From assembly GCA_004431415.1 (NCBI GenBank), contig QPMI01000056.1, positions 62,001 through 126,000 of the forward strand: a stretch of DNA of 64,000 nt, given 5' to 3'. Both the position numbers and the translations under genes were made by a program. Position 1 is the first letter of the stretch. Each line of letters begins with the position of its first letter. The stretch comes from Cyanophora paradoxa CCMP329 (taxonomy: Eukaryota; Plantae; Glaucophyta). This document shows positions 12,601-25,700 of the stretch, one piece after another. The notes beneath the pieces were generated by a model. That model saw nothing but the letters and a program-made list of their open reading frames with translations. It made no database searches and was not told where the DNA came from.

Positions 12601-12892
12601 GCTTGAGCCTTTCCCCCCTCTTTAATTTGAAGAAGAACGGAACCGGATATCGACCTCGTAGACGTTACTAGTATGAACGAGCTGGGGGATGTTTGGGGGG
12701 GGGGGGGGGGGGGGGGGGATGGATGGATGGATGGACGTCGACGCGGGGTTCGAATTCGAGCCGCCGGGTACGCCGTAGTACGGGCGCCGTGACTCTCGCG
12801 ACAACGACCTGCACAAAGACATCGAAGGCTGTTGCCGCTCTTGCATCGGGCAGTTGTCGTAATATTACATCCCTATCACATCGCTATCCTTC

Positions 12893-15800
12893 TCAGCTCT
12901 CCCTACTCGGAGGAGACGGAGATGGAGATGAGCGGCGCCTGCGAAGGCGCCAGCGAGGCCCGCCGCTCCTGCAGCTGCGCCAGGGAGGCCCGCCGCGATG
13001 CCGCCCCGGCCCCGGCCCCGGCCCCGGCCCCGGCCCCGCCGCCGGGCTCCGCGGGGTCCTGGGAGGAGGAGGAGGAGGAGGAGCCGGGGGGGCCTCCTCA
13101 GCGGCGGTGGCGCTGGCCGCGCGGCCGCCGGCGCCGCCTGTCGCCGCGCCCGTCGTCGCGCCCGTACCCGGCCGCGACGGCGACGGCGACTTCTCCCCCC
13201 CTTCCGCCCCGGCCCCGGCCCCCGCCTCCGCCTCCTTCTCCCCCGCCTCTCCCTCCGTCTCTTCTTCCTCTTCCTCCTCCTCCTCCTCCTCTTCCTCGTC
13301 CTCGAGGAGGGCCGGGGTACCGGCGAGGTTCGCCTCCGTGATGACGGGCGGGCGGGACGGGAGCCTTGCGCCCTTCCCGAACTGCACGTCGATCCTGCGC
13401 GAAGAGTCAGCTTTCATTCACTCATTCGTTCATTCAGTCTTTCTTTGCTTTAGATGATTCCTGTCTTCAACTCAATTCAAGCACTCGCCTGGTCTTCCGC
13501 TTGAGAGCCCGCGTGTAGTTACGCTGTGGAAGGGCCGGAGGGTCAGGCGGGGGTACGTCGAGCGCAAAGGGGGTACAGCGACGCCGACCTGGACGGAGAG
13601 GAAGCGGGGATTCGCCTCCCCCCCAAGGCCCGCCTCCCGGAGCGCCCGGAGCGCCACGCTGTACACTGGGGGTACCGAACGTCAGGCGGGGAAGGGGGGT
13701 ACCGTGTTCTCGGGACGAGGGGGGTACGCCGAACCGTCGCAGGCGTCGGAGACGCGGTCGAGGCGCTCCATGCAGCACCCGACGTTGTTGTACGAGCCGG
13801 CCGTCTCCGGGTGACCGTTCCCCAGGACCTGGCGGACGAACGAACGGGCGAACGTTCGCCTCAGAACGGTCCATCTTTCAAAAAAAGAAAGAAAAGAAGA
13901 TAGGCGTACCCGGTCGCGGACGATGCAGGCGCGCGTGAAGTACCGCAGCGCACGCCCAAAGTCACCCATGGCGTAGTGCAGCTGCCCCAGCGCCCCGAAC
14001 GGCACTGCAGGGGGGGTACGGTTTACTAGGGAAGCGGAAGAACAAAAAGAGGTGGAAAGGGGTACCGGCGACGTCGGGGTGGCCCCAGCGGTGGGGGCGC
14101 ACGGCCCGGACCGCCTCCTTATAGGCTACCCCCGCGAGCCGCTGGAGCCGCCTGCGCTCCCGCTCCAGCCCCTCGTCCGAGCGACCCCTGGGGGTACAGA
14201 GAAATTAGGAACGACCTAAAATAGAAGAGGGCGGGGTACGGACTCGGCGTCGGGGTACACGGCCATCGATTCGTACACGGCGCCGATCGAGAGCGCGAAA
14301 AAGGCGTGCACGAGGCCGGGGAGGGGGCCCCTGGGGGTACGACATTAACAAGGGAAGTCTCTTCGTGCGTCAAGGAGGAAACATGCGTACCCGTCCGCGT
14401 GCCGGATGCAGATTCGCCGCGCCCGCTCGAACGTCTCCATGGCCTCCTGCGGCGAAAGACGGTTCGAGTGGGGTACGGGGTGGGAGCCGGGTCGAGGGGT
14501 ACAGCGCGCCTCGAGATCGCCGTCGTTGTGCAAAGCGGCTGCCTCGTCCGCGAGCGCAGCGGCCTCGCGGGGTACGGCGTTTCCGGAGGGAAGGCGAACC
14601 GCCTGCGGCGAAAGGTGCGATCAGCCCCTTTCCTCCCCAACCCCGGGACGCTAGCACCTCTCTCACGAGGAGGGGTACACCCTTCGCTTCCTCCGCGGCC
14701 TCCGCTTTCCACTGCCGGGAAGGGGAGAAAAGGCTCAGATCGGATCTGACCTGAGCCGCGCCGGGCCCGCGAGACGCACGTGGGGCCGGGGGGAGACGAG
14801 CGCCTCGGGTACGGTGATCCTGCTCCACGTCTCCTCCCGCGGCCCCGAGTAGGGTACGGAGTTCTTGAAGGTCGAGCGGAACGCAGCGGCCGCGCGGGGC
14901 GAGAGCTGCGCCGCCCGATTCGTCGGAAAAGCGGCCCCGCCCCGATTCGAACCGGCGGGTACCTGCTCCTCGAGCTGCCGGAGGGGGTTCAGGTCCTCCG
15001 GATCGATCTGCTCCCCCCTGCACAACCGCTGAGCGGGGGTACCCGGGAAGGGAAGGGGCGGTACCCTCACCTCTGGTCCATGGCGCGTAGCGCGGCCCCG
15101 GAGGCCAGGCCCCGGGCCCGGGGGGCCTGCGCCTTGCCCCGGGTACCCGCAGTGCTCGGCGGGAAGGCCCCTTTGCCCTTCGGGGGGCCCAGAACTCCGT
15201 ACCCCCCGGCGCCGCCGGCGCCGGGCGACGCCGGGTCTCCAGGGGGGCCCGCGGGGCCGGGGAAGACCTCCCGGGTGGGGGGTACGCTGTCCCTCCGGAC
15301 GCGAGGCTCCTTCTTGAAGTGAAGGTCGCACACTGAGGGAAGGGGGGGGGGTACGTGGAATCAGGCGAATCAGGGCTTCGAAGGGGAAAAAGAGGGGCCG
15401 CCAACCGCGGGTGAGGAAGGCCCGAACTTTCTCCACCGCCGTCCTGCGTCCACCGATGTCAGGATGGAGTGTTGCACTGCTACGGGGAGGGGTACAGCGT
15501 TGCGGACCGGTATAGGTCGCGGTAGGGGGGCTTGCTGTACGCGATGATCGCCAGGCGCCCCAGCGAGAGCTGCGGGGGGTACTCAGTTTGGGTCGGGGTG
15601 GGGGGGGAAGAAGCCGGGAGGGGGTACGGGCCTCGAACTCGTCGTAGGACATGTCGTCGATGTACTCGTCGCTGCCGGCGCTCACGTTCGCCAGCTTGAA
15701 GAGCGCTGGGCGGAGGGGAGGGGCGGGGTGAGACGGGGAGAGCGCTGGGGGAGGGGAGGGGAAGAGCGCTGGGCGGGGGGGGGAGGTGAGACGGAGAGGC

Positions 15801-18800
15801 TGGGTGAGACCGGGGAGGCTCCCTTCTAGATCAAATCTCGAAGCGGGGCGCGAAGGGGCGGGACGAGACGGGAAGGGAGAAAAAGGAAGAAAGGAAGGAT
15901 TATGTGGCACAAAGGAAGGAAACAGGAAAAAGAAAAGAGGTTAGAACAGCATCGCTCTGAGGGCACTGGCAAGGTCGCCGAGGGCACCGGAGAAAGGCAG
16001 AAGGACGAGTTTAAAACAGTAAGCTTAAAACAGTAAGCTTAAAACAGTGAGCTTAGTTAGCTTAAAATAGTACTCTAGAGACAGTATCTCTCTGATCGTG
16101 AATGAGGGCACCGGTGAGGTCGCCGAGGGAGACGTGGTCGGGGAAGAGCTTATAATAGAAGGAAGAGCGAAGGGGAGTAGCGGATCTTATATTTACACAT
16201 AAGGGAGGGAGAAGGAGGAGGACAGAAGGAAGAAATTAAATAGTGCTCTAGAAACAGCATCTATCTAATTCTCTGAGGGCGCTGTTTGGCACCGGTGAGG
16301 TCGCCGAGGGAGAGGAGGTCGGGGAAGAGCTTATAATAGAAGGACGAGATTATAATAGCTTATGACAAAAACAAGCTTAGAAAGGCGTCTCTTTCTACGA
16401 GGGCACCGGTGAGGTCGCCGAGGGAGAGGAGGTCGGGGAAGAGCTTATAATAAGAGGACGAGCTTATAATAATAAAACCAAGTTTAGAAAAGCGTCTAGA
16501 CAGTGTATCTCAAAATAATCTAGAAACAGCATCTGTCTGTCTTTCTGAACGAGGGCACCGGTGAGGTCGCCGAGGGAGAGGAGGTCGGGGAAGAGCTTAT
16601 AATAAGAGGACGAGCTTATAGAAAAACAAGCTTAGAAAAGCGTCTCTATCTGGGGACACCGGTGAAGTCACTAGAAGGCACCGGTGAAGCTTGAAACAGT
16701 TATCTAGAAGCAGCATCTATGTGTCTCTCTAGATCTGAGGGCGCTGTTTGGCACCGGTGAGGTCGCCGAGGGAGAGGAGGTCGGGGAAGACGCCGGCGGC
16801 CGCCGCGAAGAGGCGGAACTCCGCGAACTGCGCGCGAGGGGCGGGGGCGGGGGATGAGGCGGGGACTCGACCTGGCATGGCCTGCACGGCCTGGCACGGA
16901 CCTGCATGGAGGCCTGGATGCGGTGGAGCTCGGCGAAGCTCAGCGCCCCCACGTGGGGGCTCTCCTGCTGCTCGCGCCCCCGGGGCCCCCGCATCAGACG
17001 GTGCCGCCAGGCAGACGCGCACGGGCCGCCCCGCGTCAGACGCCGCATTAGGAGCTATGACTGTGACGGGGGCCGCCCCCGAGAGAAGGCCCGCCTTAGC
17101 AGAGTGAGTCTCGCGGGCCGCCCCGCCCCGCCCCGCCCCGCCTTACCTTAAGCTTTCTTAGTTTTTCTATCCATATCTATCCCACCGCCGCTATCTTCAT
17201 CCCGGAGGGCCCTGCGCGCACGGCGGAGAAGTAGAGGTAGGTCTTGCGGAGGCGGCGCTCGCAGAGCACGAAGAGCTGCTGGATCTGAAGCCCCCGAGAG
17301 TCGGAGGTCAGAGGGGGGCGCAGGCGGCCGTATTGGAGGGGGAGGCGGGAGGGGTGCGAAGGAGGGAGGGGCGCCGCCACGAGGCAGAGGTCCGGATCCC
17401 GCTCTAGAAAGGCGGGGCGCCGCACTCGAAGGCCTCCAGCTTTCGAAGCTCTAAGGCTTTCTTTAGAAAGACCCAGAAAGGCCCAGAGGCAATCCCGCCC
17501 TTGCCCTGCCCGCCCCTATCGCACCTCCTGTATCTCCTTTTCCCGTATCGCACCCAGGCCAGGCTAGCCCGCCCTTGCCCTGCCCGCCCCTATCGCACCT
17601 GGAGCTGCTCGTCGGCGCTGCCGTCGTCGCCCTCGAGCCGCATCGCGTTCGGGAACACGTGCACCGCCAGCAGCCGCTGCGAACGAAGGCGGCTCAGGCG
17701 GATGGCTCAGACGGCTCAGACGACGGCTCAGGTGACCTGGAGGGGCGCCTCCTGCTGCGGGAGCCGGCGGAGGGCCACCTGAGAGGAGGGGAAGAGGAAG
17801 TTCAGGTGAGAAGAAGAAGAAGCACGGGCGCGCTTAGAAGGTGCTTAGAAGGTGCGGAGCACGAGGAAGTGACATGGGAGGTGCGGCGACATGGGAAGAA
17901 GAGGAAGTTCAGGTGAGAAGAAGCACGGTACGCTTAGAGGGTGCGGTCCTAGAAGGTGCGGAGCACGAGGGAGTGACACCCCCCCCCCCTTTCTAGGCGA
18001 GCGCGAGCGGAGCGCGGGGGGTTGGAAGAATGGGAGGCGGCACACACCTGCTGCAGAAGCTCGACGAACTGGGGGTACGGCACCCGCTGCACCGCTTTCT
18101 TCCGCTCCTCTGCTCGCCCGCCTGTCGGGCGGGGCAGGGGATGCGAAGGGTGGTAGCGACTCACGCTTGGTGGGGGTACCGATTCCGTTGGAGCTGGGAG
18201 GCTGCGGCGTGCGCCGCCCCTCGCCCGCGGTGGCCGGTACCTGAGAGCCGAGGCGGGGTACGAGATCAGGGCGGAATCGGATCGGAAAGGGAGGACAGGG
18301 GTACGCACGCGGTGCGCGACGGACGACCACATGACGTCGACAACGCTTCGCGGCATCTTCGCGTCCACGATCCTGCAAAAAAAGAAGAGAAAGAGGATTG
18401 AGGAGGGGTACGGATATCGGCGGACAATAGGTCGGGGGTACCGGCAGTCGCGGAGGAGGCGGAAGAACTGGGCCGAAGTGAGGGAGGAGGGGGACAGGGC
18501 CTCCCCGACGACGCAGTAGAACAGGAATATCGAACGAAGGAGCGCTGCGTACCCCCGCCCTCGAGGTCAGACCCCGCCCATTTTGAAGGGGAGTACTGAA
18601 ATAATTCCGCGCACCGTCCTCTTCGAGCGAGAGGCCGTACTGGTCGCGGAGGCCTTTGGGGGGGAGGGGGGGGGAAGGGTTTAGAATTCTCGCGCGGGGG
18701 GGGCGGTACGGAAACTACGGTGCGCACGCTGGGAGGCGAGGAGGAATCGGGAGGCGCGGGCGCGGGCCGCGGCGGTCGCCGCCAGGTCCGCCTCCGCCTC

Positions 18801-21800
18801 CTCGTCCGAATCCACCTGTAACCCCCTGATTCAGGACCGGGGGGAAGAAGAGGGGGGTAGAGAAACGTGTACCTTTGCGGCGTCGGCGGACTGGATGGCG
18901 GCGGGGGGTAGGGCCTGCCCGGGGGACGAGGGGGCGGGCGGGAGGGCGGGGGGAGGGCCGCTGGGCGATTTGGATGGGGATGGAGGGGGGAACGGGTCGT
19001 CGGAGGGGGGGTACGGGGAGGGCACCCCCATGTCCCGCGAGCCTCGGCTGCGGCGCCGGAAGCGGGCGGAGTACCCCGCTCGGCCCAGGGGGCCCGGGGT
19101 AGAGGGGGAGAGGAGGAGCGCGCCGGTACCCCCCCCGGAGGGCGTCGGGGGCGGGCGGGGCGAGAAGGGGAACAGGCCGCCGGGCCCCTCGTGGACGGAG
19201 ACGCTGAGGGGGCCGCCAAGCCCCCCGAAGCGGGGCGAGCGGCCGCCTGGGGACGCTGCGAACGCAGCCGCCAGGAAGCCGCCGGCTCCAAGCCCGGCGA
19301 TCCCGCCGCCCCCGCCGGCCGGGCTCTTGGGCGGGTGCTCCTCGGGGTACATGGTTCCGAGCCAGGGGCGGAGCCGCTCTGCAAGGAGCTCGTCGACCAT
19401 GAGGGCCTGTCGGGGGGGTACAGGTGAATCGGGGGTACAGGTTAATGAAAGGAAAGGGCGCGGCCAGCGGGTCCCACCTCGTGCTCCGAGGCGTGCCCGG
19501 CGCCCTGCGAGAATACGGCGATCGCCACGCGGCACACCGCCTCCACGAATTCCTGTATCCCCGTCCTCGCGTTAGCTTGGGGGGAGACGGGAGCGGGGGG
19601 GTACGCGGACGGGGAAGGTGGCCTCGCCGGGCAGCTCGGGGGGGTCGGCGAGGGGTACGGAGACGATCGAGCGGCGCCGCGGGAGCGACCCGCTGCGCGG
19701 AACGGGCGGCTTGCGGCTGATCGAGTCGCTCCGCGGGAGGCCCCGGCTGATGGACCCGCTGCGGGGAGGGCCTGGGCGGGGCTGGCCATGGCATGTGTCG
19801 CCCTCGGGCGGCTGGGACGGCGGCCGGGACGACGCCGCCGACTGCGGGTCAGGGTCGGGGCCGGCGACGTTCAGGGGTACGATGAGCGCAGGCGACTTTG
19901 GCTCTTCGACCGAGATCGTGAGGGCGGGCGGCGCCTTCAGGCGATTGCGCCGGAGCGGCGAGGGCGGCGCTGACTTGGACTGGCCCGGCGGCTGCGGGTG
20001 CGGCCGCGCCGGGCTCGGCGGCTCGGAGCCGAGCAGCGAGCCTCGCCGCGACGGCTTGGCCGGGCTCGACGGCTTGCTTCCGCTGCTCGAGGGCGTGGGC
20101 GGCTTGCCGGCCGGGCTGGCCAGCGGCGACTCGTGCAGCGTGGCGAGCGGAAGGGGGGGTACGGGCACTCCAGGCGCCCCTGATGACATGGAGGCGCTCC
20201 GCCGGACGGGCGAGCGCGTGGGACTGGCGCTCCGAGAGGCGGCCGGGGAGGCCGAGGGGGACGCCTCTGCGGACCCGGGGGGTGCGGATTGCCCGCCGGG
20301 CGCGTCCACAGAGACCCGGGGTACCAGCATCGACTTGGAGCGCATGGGGAACGCGGTACCCCCCGCGCCGCCGCGGGAGGAGGAGCGCGGGAGGCTCGCG
20401 GGGGCGTCCGGCGCCGGGGGCGGCGGGGGCGGAGGGGGCGGCGGGGGCCCCGCCAGTCGCGAGCAGCTCTCGTCAAAGGCCTTACGGAAAGGGGCGGCGA
20501 CGTCAGCGCGGCGCGAACGGAAGAGGGGTAAGATAACAAGAGGGGGTACCAGAATCGCGCCCTGGAGGGGCATGAGGTCGGGTACGAGAGCGAGATGTGA
20601 CGTCACGAGCTCAGCAAAGCTGCGCCGAAATCATCAAAGGGGGTGGGGGGTAAAGAAGTGGGAAAGGGGGGTACCGCTCGCGGGTGACGCGGGCCTGGGG
20701 GGGTAGGCGCTTGAGGTGGGCGGCGCTGATCTCGGGAGGGAGGCGGCCGGAGGTTTGGCCGGCGCCCGCACCCCCGGGGGTACTGGGCCGTGGGGAGAAA
20801 AGGGAGCCCCCGGGGGAGGGCAGGCCCCGGGGGGTTACAGGCGGTAGCCGGAGTAGGGCACCCCCCTCCTTCTTCTCCCCCCCCTCCTTGGCCTCCGGCC
20901 CCTCCCGCGTCGGGGACGGCGGCCTTGCGAGGTATAGGAACGCCTGCGCCGAAAGTGAGGGGGTACCGGAGCGAGCGGGGGGTACGACCGCGCCTTGCGG
21001 AGGGCCGTTGAGTGCGCGGCCACGCTGATCAGCATTGGCTCCGCGACAAGCTCCCTGGGGGGATACGAGGTCAGGGGAAAGAAGGGTACGGAAAAAGAGG
21101 GGGAAGTGGGAGTGGGTGTTACCGGACGTCGGCTTCCATCGCGGGGGTGAAGTGGGGTGGCGCCGCAGGGGGGGCGGGCGCGCCGGGGGTAGGCGGCTCG
21201 CCCGCGGCGGCCGAGGGCGTCGGCGGCGGGGGCCCTTGGCCCGGTCCGTGCCGGTGTACCCCAGGATTCAGGGAGCCCCGCCTCTGGAGGGTACGCCGCT
21301 TCCTCCGCTCGTGCAGCTCGACCACGTGCAGGCGCGCCACGCGCTGCGGGGTGGGGTCAGGAAGGAGGGGGTACGGCTTTTACGGGGAGAGGGGGACGGG
21401 AGCGGGGACGGCACGCCTCGAGTGCGGCGGCGGGCTCCAGGCGGGGGTACCGATCCACGGAGAGGGCGAAGAGGGCGTGGCAGAACTGAGCGGGGGTACC
21501 GCAATCGGAAACGAGAGGAAGAAAAAAGCAAGGGGGCGGGTACCTGGTCGAAAGTCATCGTGCTGCCGTCGTCGGCGGGTTTTTCGGGTACGGGGGGCGG
21601 GGCCGGGGGGCGAGGGCCGTCGGAACCCCCCTCTCCCTCCTCTTCCTCCCCCCCGGGGGGCGAGGCGGCTTGCGGGGGCTGCTGCTGCTGCTGCTGCGGC
21701 AGCGGCGGCTGGCGCCCCGGCGGGCGGCGGCGGGGCCCCGCCGGCGGGCGCGTCGCCTGAAGGAACGCGTCCGCGATTCGCTCGTGCGTCACTGCGGATC

Positions 21801-22195
21801 GAATCCTCACCGACCCGACGGACGGACGCTCGGATCAAATCTTGTGGAGGAGGGGGGGTACCGGAGTTGTTGAAGAGGGCGGAGGCGCGGAGTAGGGCGA
21901 GGAACTCGGGGGCGCTCATGCGGTCCTCGCGCTCGCAGCTCGCGCGGAAGACGGCCTTCAGGTCGTCTGCGGCGGGCGGAGGGAGCGGGGCGGCTCAGCG
22001 AGCGAGCGAGCTTCAAACAGCTCTAAAGACGCTTCGTAAGCATCTAGCGAAGGTGTGATAGGCTCTTCTTCAATCTGAAGCAGCTCGAGCGCTGTGAAAG
22101 CGGGGGCGGAGGCGCGGCCAACCTTCGAGGGAGACGAAGGGCGGGGCGGCCGGGCCCGCGTCCTCGTCGCCGACCCGCTTCCGCCGCTTGGACAT
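12893..22195 (-). CDS. Large multi-exon protein with repeated p25-alpha/EF-hand-like helical modules, Pro/Ser-rich linkers and C-terminal TPR (kinesin-light-chain type) repeats; possibly cytoskeletal/flagellar
   Basis: Starts MSKRRKRVGDED at 22195. Modules: DLKAVFRASCEREDRMSAPEFLALLRASALF; IVDAKMPRSVVDVMWSSV..RVPYPQFVELLQQV; FAEFRLFAAAAGVFPDLLS..LFKLAN..MSYDEFE. TPR: LGQLHYAMGDFGRALRYFTRACIVRDRVLGNGHPETAGSYNNVGCCMERL. Acidic tail. Could be two genes. Confidence 0.65.
15955..16790 (-). repeat. Intronic tandem repeat containing 4 extra copies of an exon 3' end plus its 5' splice site
   Basis: ggcaccggtgaggtcgccgagggagaggaggtcggggaaga at ~16107 (slightly diverged), 16288, 16402, 16554 and at the true exon (16750); the intervening sequences are mutually homologous. 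Confidence 0.9.
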
Positions 22196-22729
22196 CGGCA
22201 CGAGCTTCGATCCATGCGGATTCGTCGCGAAGCTGCGGGCGAGCGGTTCGGAAAACCTCGGGCCGAGCACGGAGGCTCGTTCGGAGGGCACCGCTTCACG
22301 TCGTAGAGTGCGGGCGCCGCCACGAGGTGCGGGGCGTAGGGTGGCCTGTGGAGCACGCCGGTCAGGTGCGTTCGCGCGTCTCGGCTCTGGGTGCAGAGAG
22401 CGCCGCCGCACCTCGGCCGCCACTCGTCGTCCTCGCGGTAGATGCCGCGCATCTCCGGAGGGTGAATGTCCTTTAGCTAGGCTCTTCTGTGCTTGCAGAG
22501 CCTCTCGGGACGCGCGCCGGGCCGCCCTCAGCGAACTCGGCAGGCGGTCTCCGCCAGCGCTCGAGGCTGACACTCTTGCATTATAGAAGTCGCTAGCAAG
22601 GCGCTGCACGCTGTTACCTGGTCCGCCAAGCCCGGGCTCGAGTCGGCCGCGGTTGCGGCGATTACTGTACCCCCGCCGAAAGGTTTCAAGGAAAAAGCTC
22701 GCAGGGACCAGCAGTAGCCAGCAACTTTG
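22196..22729. promoter_or_regulatory. Divergent intergenic/promoter region between the TPR gene and bestrophin
   Basis: Head-to-head ATGs at 22195 (-) and 22730 (+). Confidence 0.45.
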
Positions 22730-25700
22730 ATGCAGAGGAGGCGGCAGCGCACGCTTGCGCCGTGCGAGCTGTTCGTGCTGGTCGCTCCGGCCGCCAGCGC
22801 TGCGGGACTCAAGCCCCGGGCGGCGTGCAGCCTGCAATCGGCCAAGTCCGTACAGTTCAACGGCTTCTATGGCCAGAGGAAGGCGGCGTACGGCAATCGC
22901 CGGGCGGCCGCCGCGCCCCGATTCCGCGCTGGATCGACGCACGGCTACAGGCGTTTCGGTACGCGGGCGGCGCGCGCGCGGCTGGGCGGCCGATCTGACC
23001 TCTGCTTTCCTCAGTCGTAGCGTGCGAGGCGGAGGACGCGCCCGCAACATTCGAGGGCCGGACCTTCGACGCGGTTCGAGAAGCGGAGAGATGCGGGGCC
23101 CCGCCGGCGCCGCTGGGAGCCTGATCTCCCTCGCGCAGGACGCGGCCGTTGCTGCGGAGCGGCCGGCGACGCCGCCGCTGTCGAATGACGCCAAGTTCAG
23201 CAAGGAGGAGCTGGAGTCTCCGGCGCCGCCGGGCGAGCCGGGGGCCGACGAGGGCTCGCCGTCTCCCGACCCGAGCGGCAGCGGCGAGGAGAAGAGTGGG
23301 GGTAGTAGCGACGCCGACGACGGGGTCATCTACAGCCCCTGGTCCATCGGCTACGCGTTCGGATACCGGCCCGCCCCTTCGTGCGCACTTTTCGGGTTTC
23401 GGGTCGACGCGATTCGATCCAAGCGCGCCGCTGCGCCTGACGCGCGCGCCGGCCCGCCCAGGAGCGTGCGTACCCGCGGCAGCCTCCGCAAGGACAACGT
23501 CGTACCCCGCACGAACACGGAAGAGTGGCTCAAGGCGCGTGCCCCGTGCCCGCCGTACCGCGCGCCCCGAGCTCACCGTACCCCCTGCAGAACATTCTCG
23601 ACATACCCAAGAGCAGCGTCCTGAAACGAATCCAAGGACAGGTCCTCTCAATCACGGGGGTACGCGCGCGCAGGCCCCCGAGGCCCCGGGAGCCCGACGG
23701 GGGGTACGCCAGGTCGCGGTGGTCGTGTACCTCGTGCACGCCTTCGTCCGGCCCTGGCGCGCATTCTCCGCCGTACCCCACTCCCTCCTCGCCACCGCAC
23801 TGGGCCTCTTGCTCGGTACCCCCTCCCCCCCCCCCCCCCTCGCGCGCCGACCCGCTCCTGTACCCCCGTCCGATCCCCTCAACGCCAGTCTTCCGCACAA
23901 ACTCGGCCTGGTCGCACGTGCGCCCCTTCCCACCCCCTCTGGAAGTTTACGCCCCCGGCGTTAAGCATCGTACCCCCGGGCGCAGTACACGGAGGCCCGC
24001 AAGAGCGTCGGGCAGGTCGTGAACACGTGCAGGAACCTCGCCCGGCAGGTAGGGCGTACCCCCCTTCCGTCCCCCCGTACCCGTCCCGCTGATGGGGCTA
24101 CAGGCTGTGTGGTACATGCGCACCGCCAACAGCAAGCGTGAGGCTCGTACCCTCCGTTCCTTTGTAACCGTACCCCCGTCTCATGTCATTCCCTTCATCC
24201 CGCAGATGCGATACGTCCGCGACCGAATCGGTGCGCGGAGCCAAGGAACGAACGCGCCCCGCCCCGATTCGAACCCCCGCGCGCAGTCAAGTACAGCATC
24301 GCCTTCATCGTGGCGCTGAAGGTACGCCCCGCCCTCATTCCCTCTACCCCCGGCTCCATCCCCCCTAATCTGCACCTTCTTCCTCCCAGGAGCACCTGCT
24401 GGAGAGGCGGAACCTGGACCGGCTGCGCCGAATCCTCCTCAACCGCGTACGTGTACCCCGACCTCCCGACTAGAAGCCAGAGAGGGGCCCCCAGCCCGTT
24501 AAGCTCGCCCGGCGACCCTCAGCCCTAGCTCTGCTCTAGCTCTAGGCGCACGCGCCTCACCTTGCTTCTCACCTTCTAGCGAGGCTCACCAAGCGCGTCT
24601 TAGCTGGCCCGCTCTAGCTTGTATCCAGGCTGACCTTCAAGCATCGCTCCTCGCTCGCTCTAACTTAGCCCGCTCTAGCTTAGCCCGCGCTAGCTTAGCT
24701 TTAGCCTGACCTCGAAGCCTCGCCCCGCCCTCGCCCCGGGCGCACCTGAAAGCCGTGGCTGAGCCCTATCTTAGCTCGCTCTAGCTTAGCTCCAGCCTCC
24801 TAGCTCGACGGGCCGTGGCTGAGCTCTGCTCTGCTACTCCGGCTAAGCTCTAGCCTCGCTCTAGCTTGTCTCCAGCCTCACCTCGAAGCCCTCTAGCTCG
24901 ACGGTCCTCGGCTCTGAGCCCTGCCCTGCTCTGCTCCGCTTGCGCAGGAGGTGGACGACATCGTGGCGGCGGGGCACATGCCCCTCTTCGTCGCCGAGCA
25001 GCTCTCCGCCTGCCTCGCACGGTGGGCCCGGGCAGCCCCCGCCCCGCCCTCCCGGGGTGAAGCCCAGCTGGGGGCCCAGCTTAGAAGCTCAGCTGAGCTC
25101 AGCTGAGCTGAGGGAGGCCGCCTCGAGCATCGCCCCGCCCCGCCTGCTCGGCGGGCGCAGGGCGTCGGAGCTAGTTGAGCCTAGCTGAGCCTAGATGGGA
25201 AGCCTAGCTCAAGAGCGCGTCACGTCTCATGCGCGCGCTCGCTCGTTCGCTCACCGGCCCCGCCCTGCCTCGCAGGGCGTCGGAGCTGGGGCTGCCGCAC
25301 CACGTGCACGAGTCGATGGACCACCTCATCGACGGCCTCCTCAACGAGGTCCGCCTCTAGGCCTGCCCGGCTCCTGGCCCGCCCGGCCCCTGGCCCGCCC
25401 CGCCCCGCCCCGCCCCGCCCCGGCTCCAGGCCTCGCCTCGGCGAGGTGAGGCCGGGCCAGAGAGACTAGAGAGAAGCTAGAGACTAGCCGCGGGCGGGCC
25501 GAGCTGGGACCCAGCCAGCTCCGGCAAAGCCGAGTCGGGCTAGACGACCTCCAGCGAGGCTAGCCGGCTCTGCCCAGCTAGGCATGCCCAGCCCCCGCCC
25601 CCGCCCCCGCCCCCGCCCCGAACCCGACCCGCCCGGCCCTTCTCGCTAGCTAGCCCCGGGGGGGCTACCTGGCGCCGGCCCAGCCTGCCCGACCTCGGTC

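Noticed and set aside
15955-16790. Repeat-spacer (CRISPR-like) array
   Set aside because: The apparent spacers are homologous to each other and the repeat is a copy of the host exon end, so this is a tandem duplication
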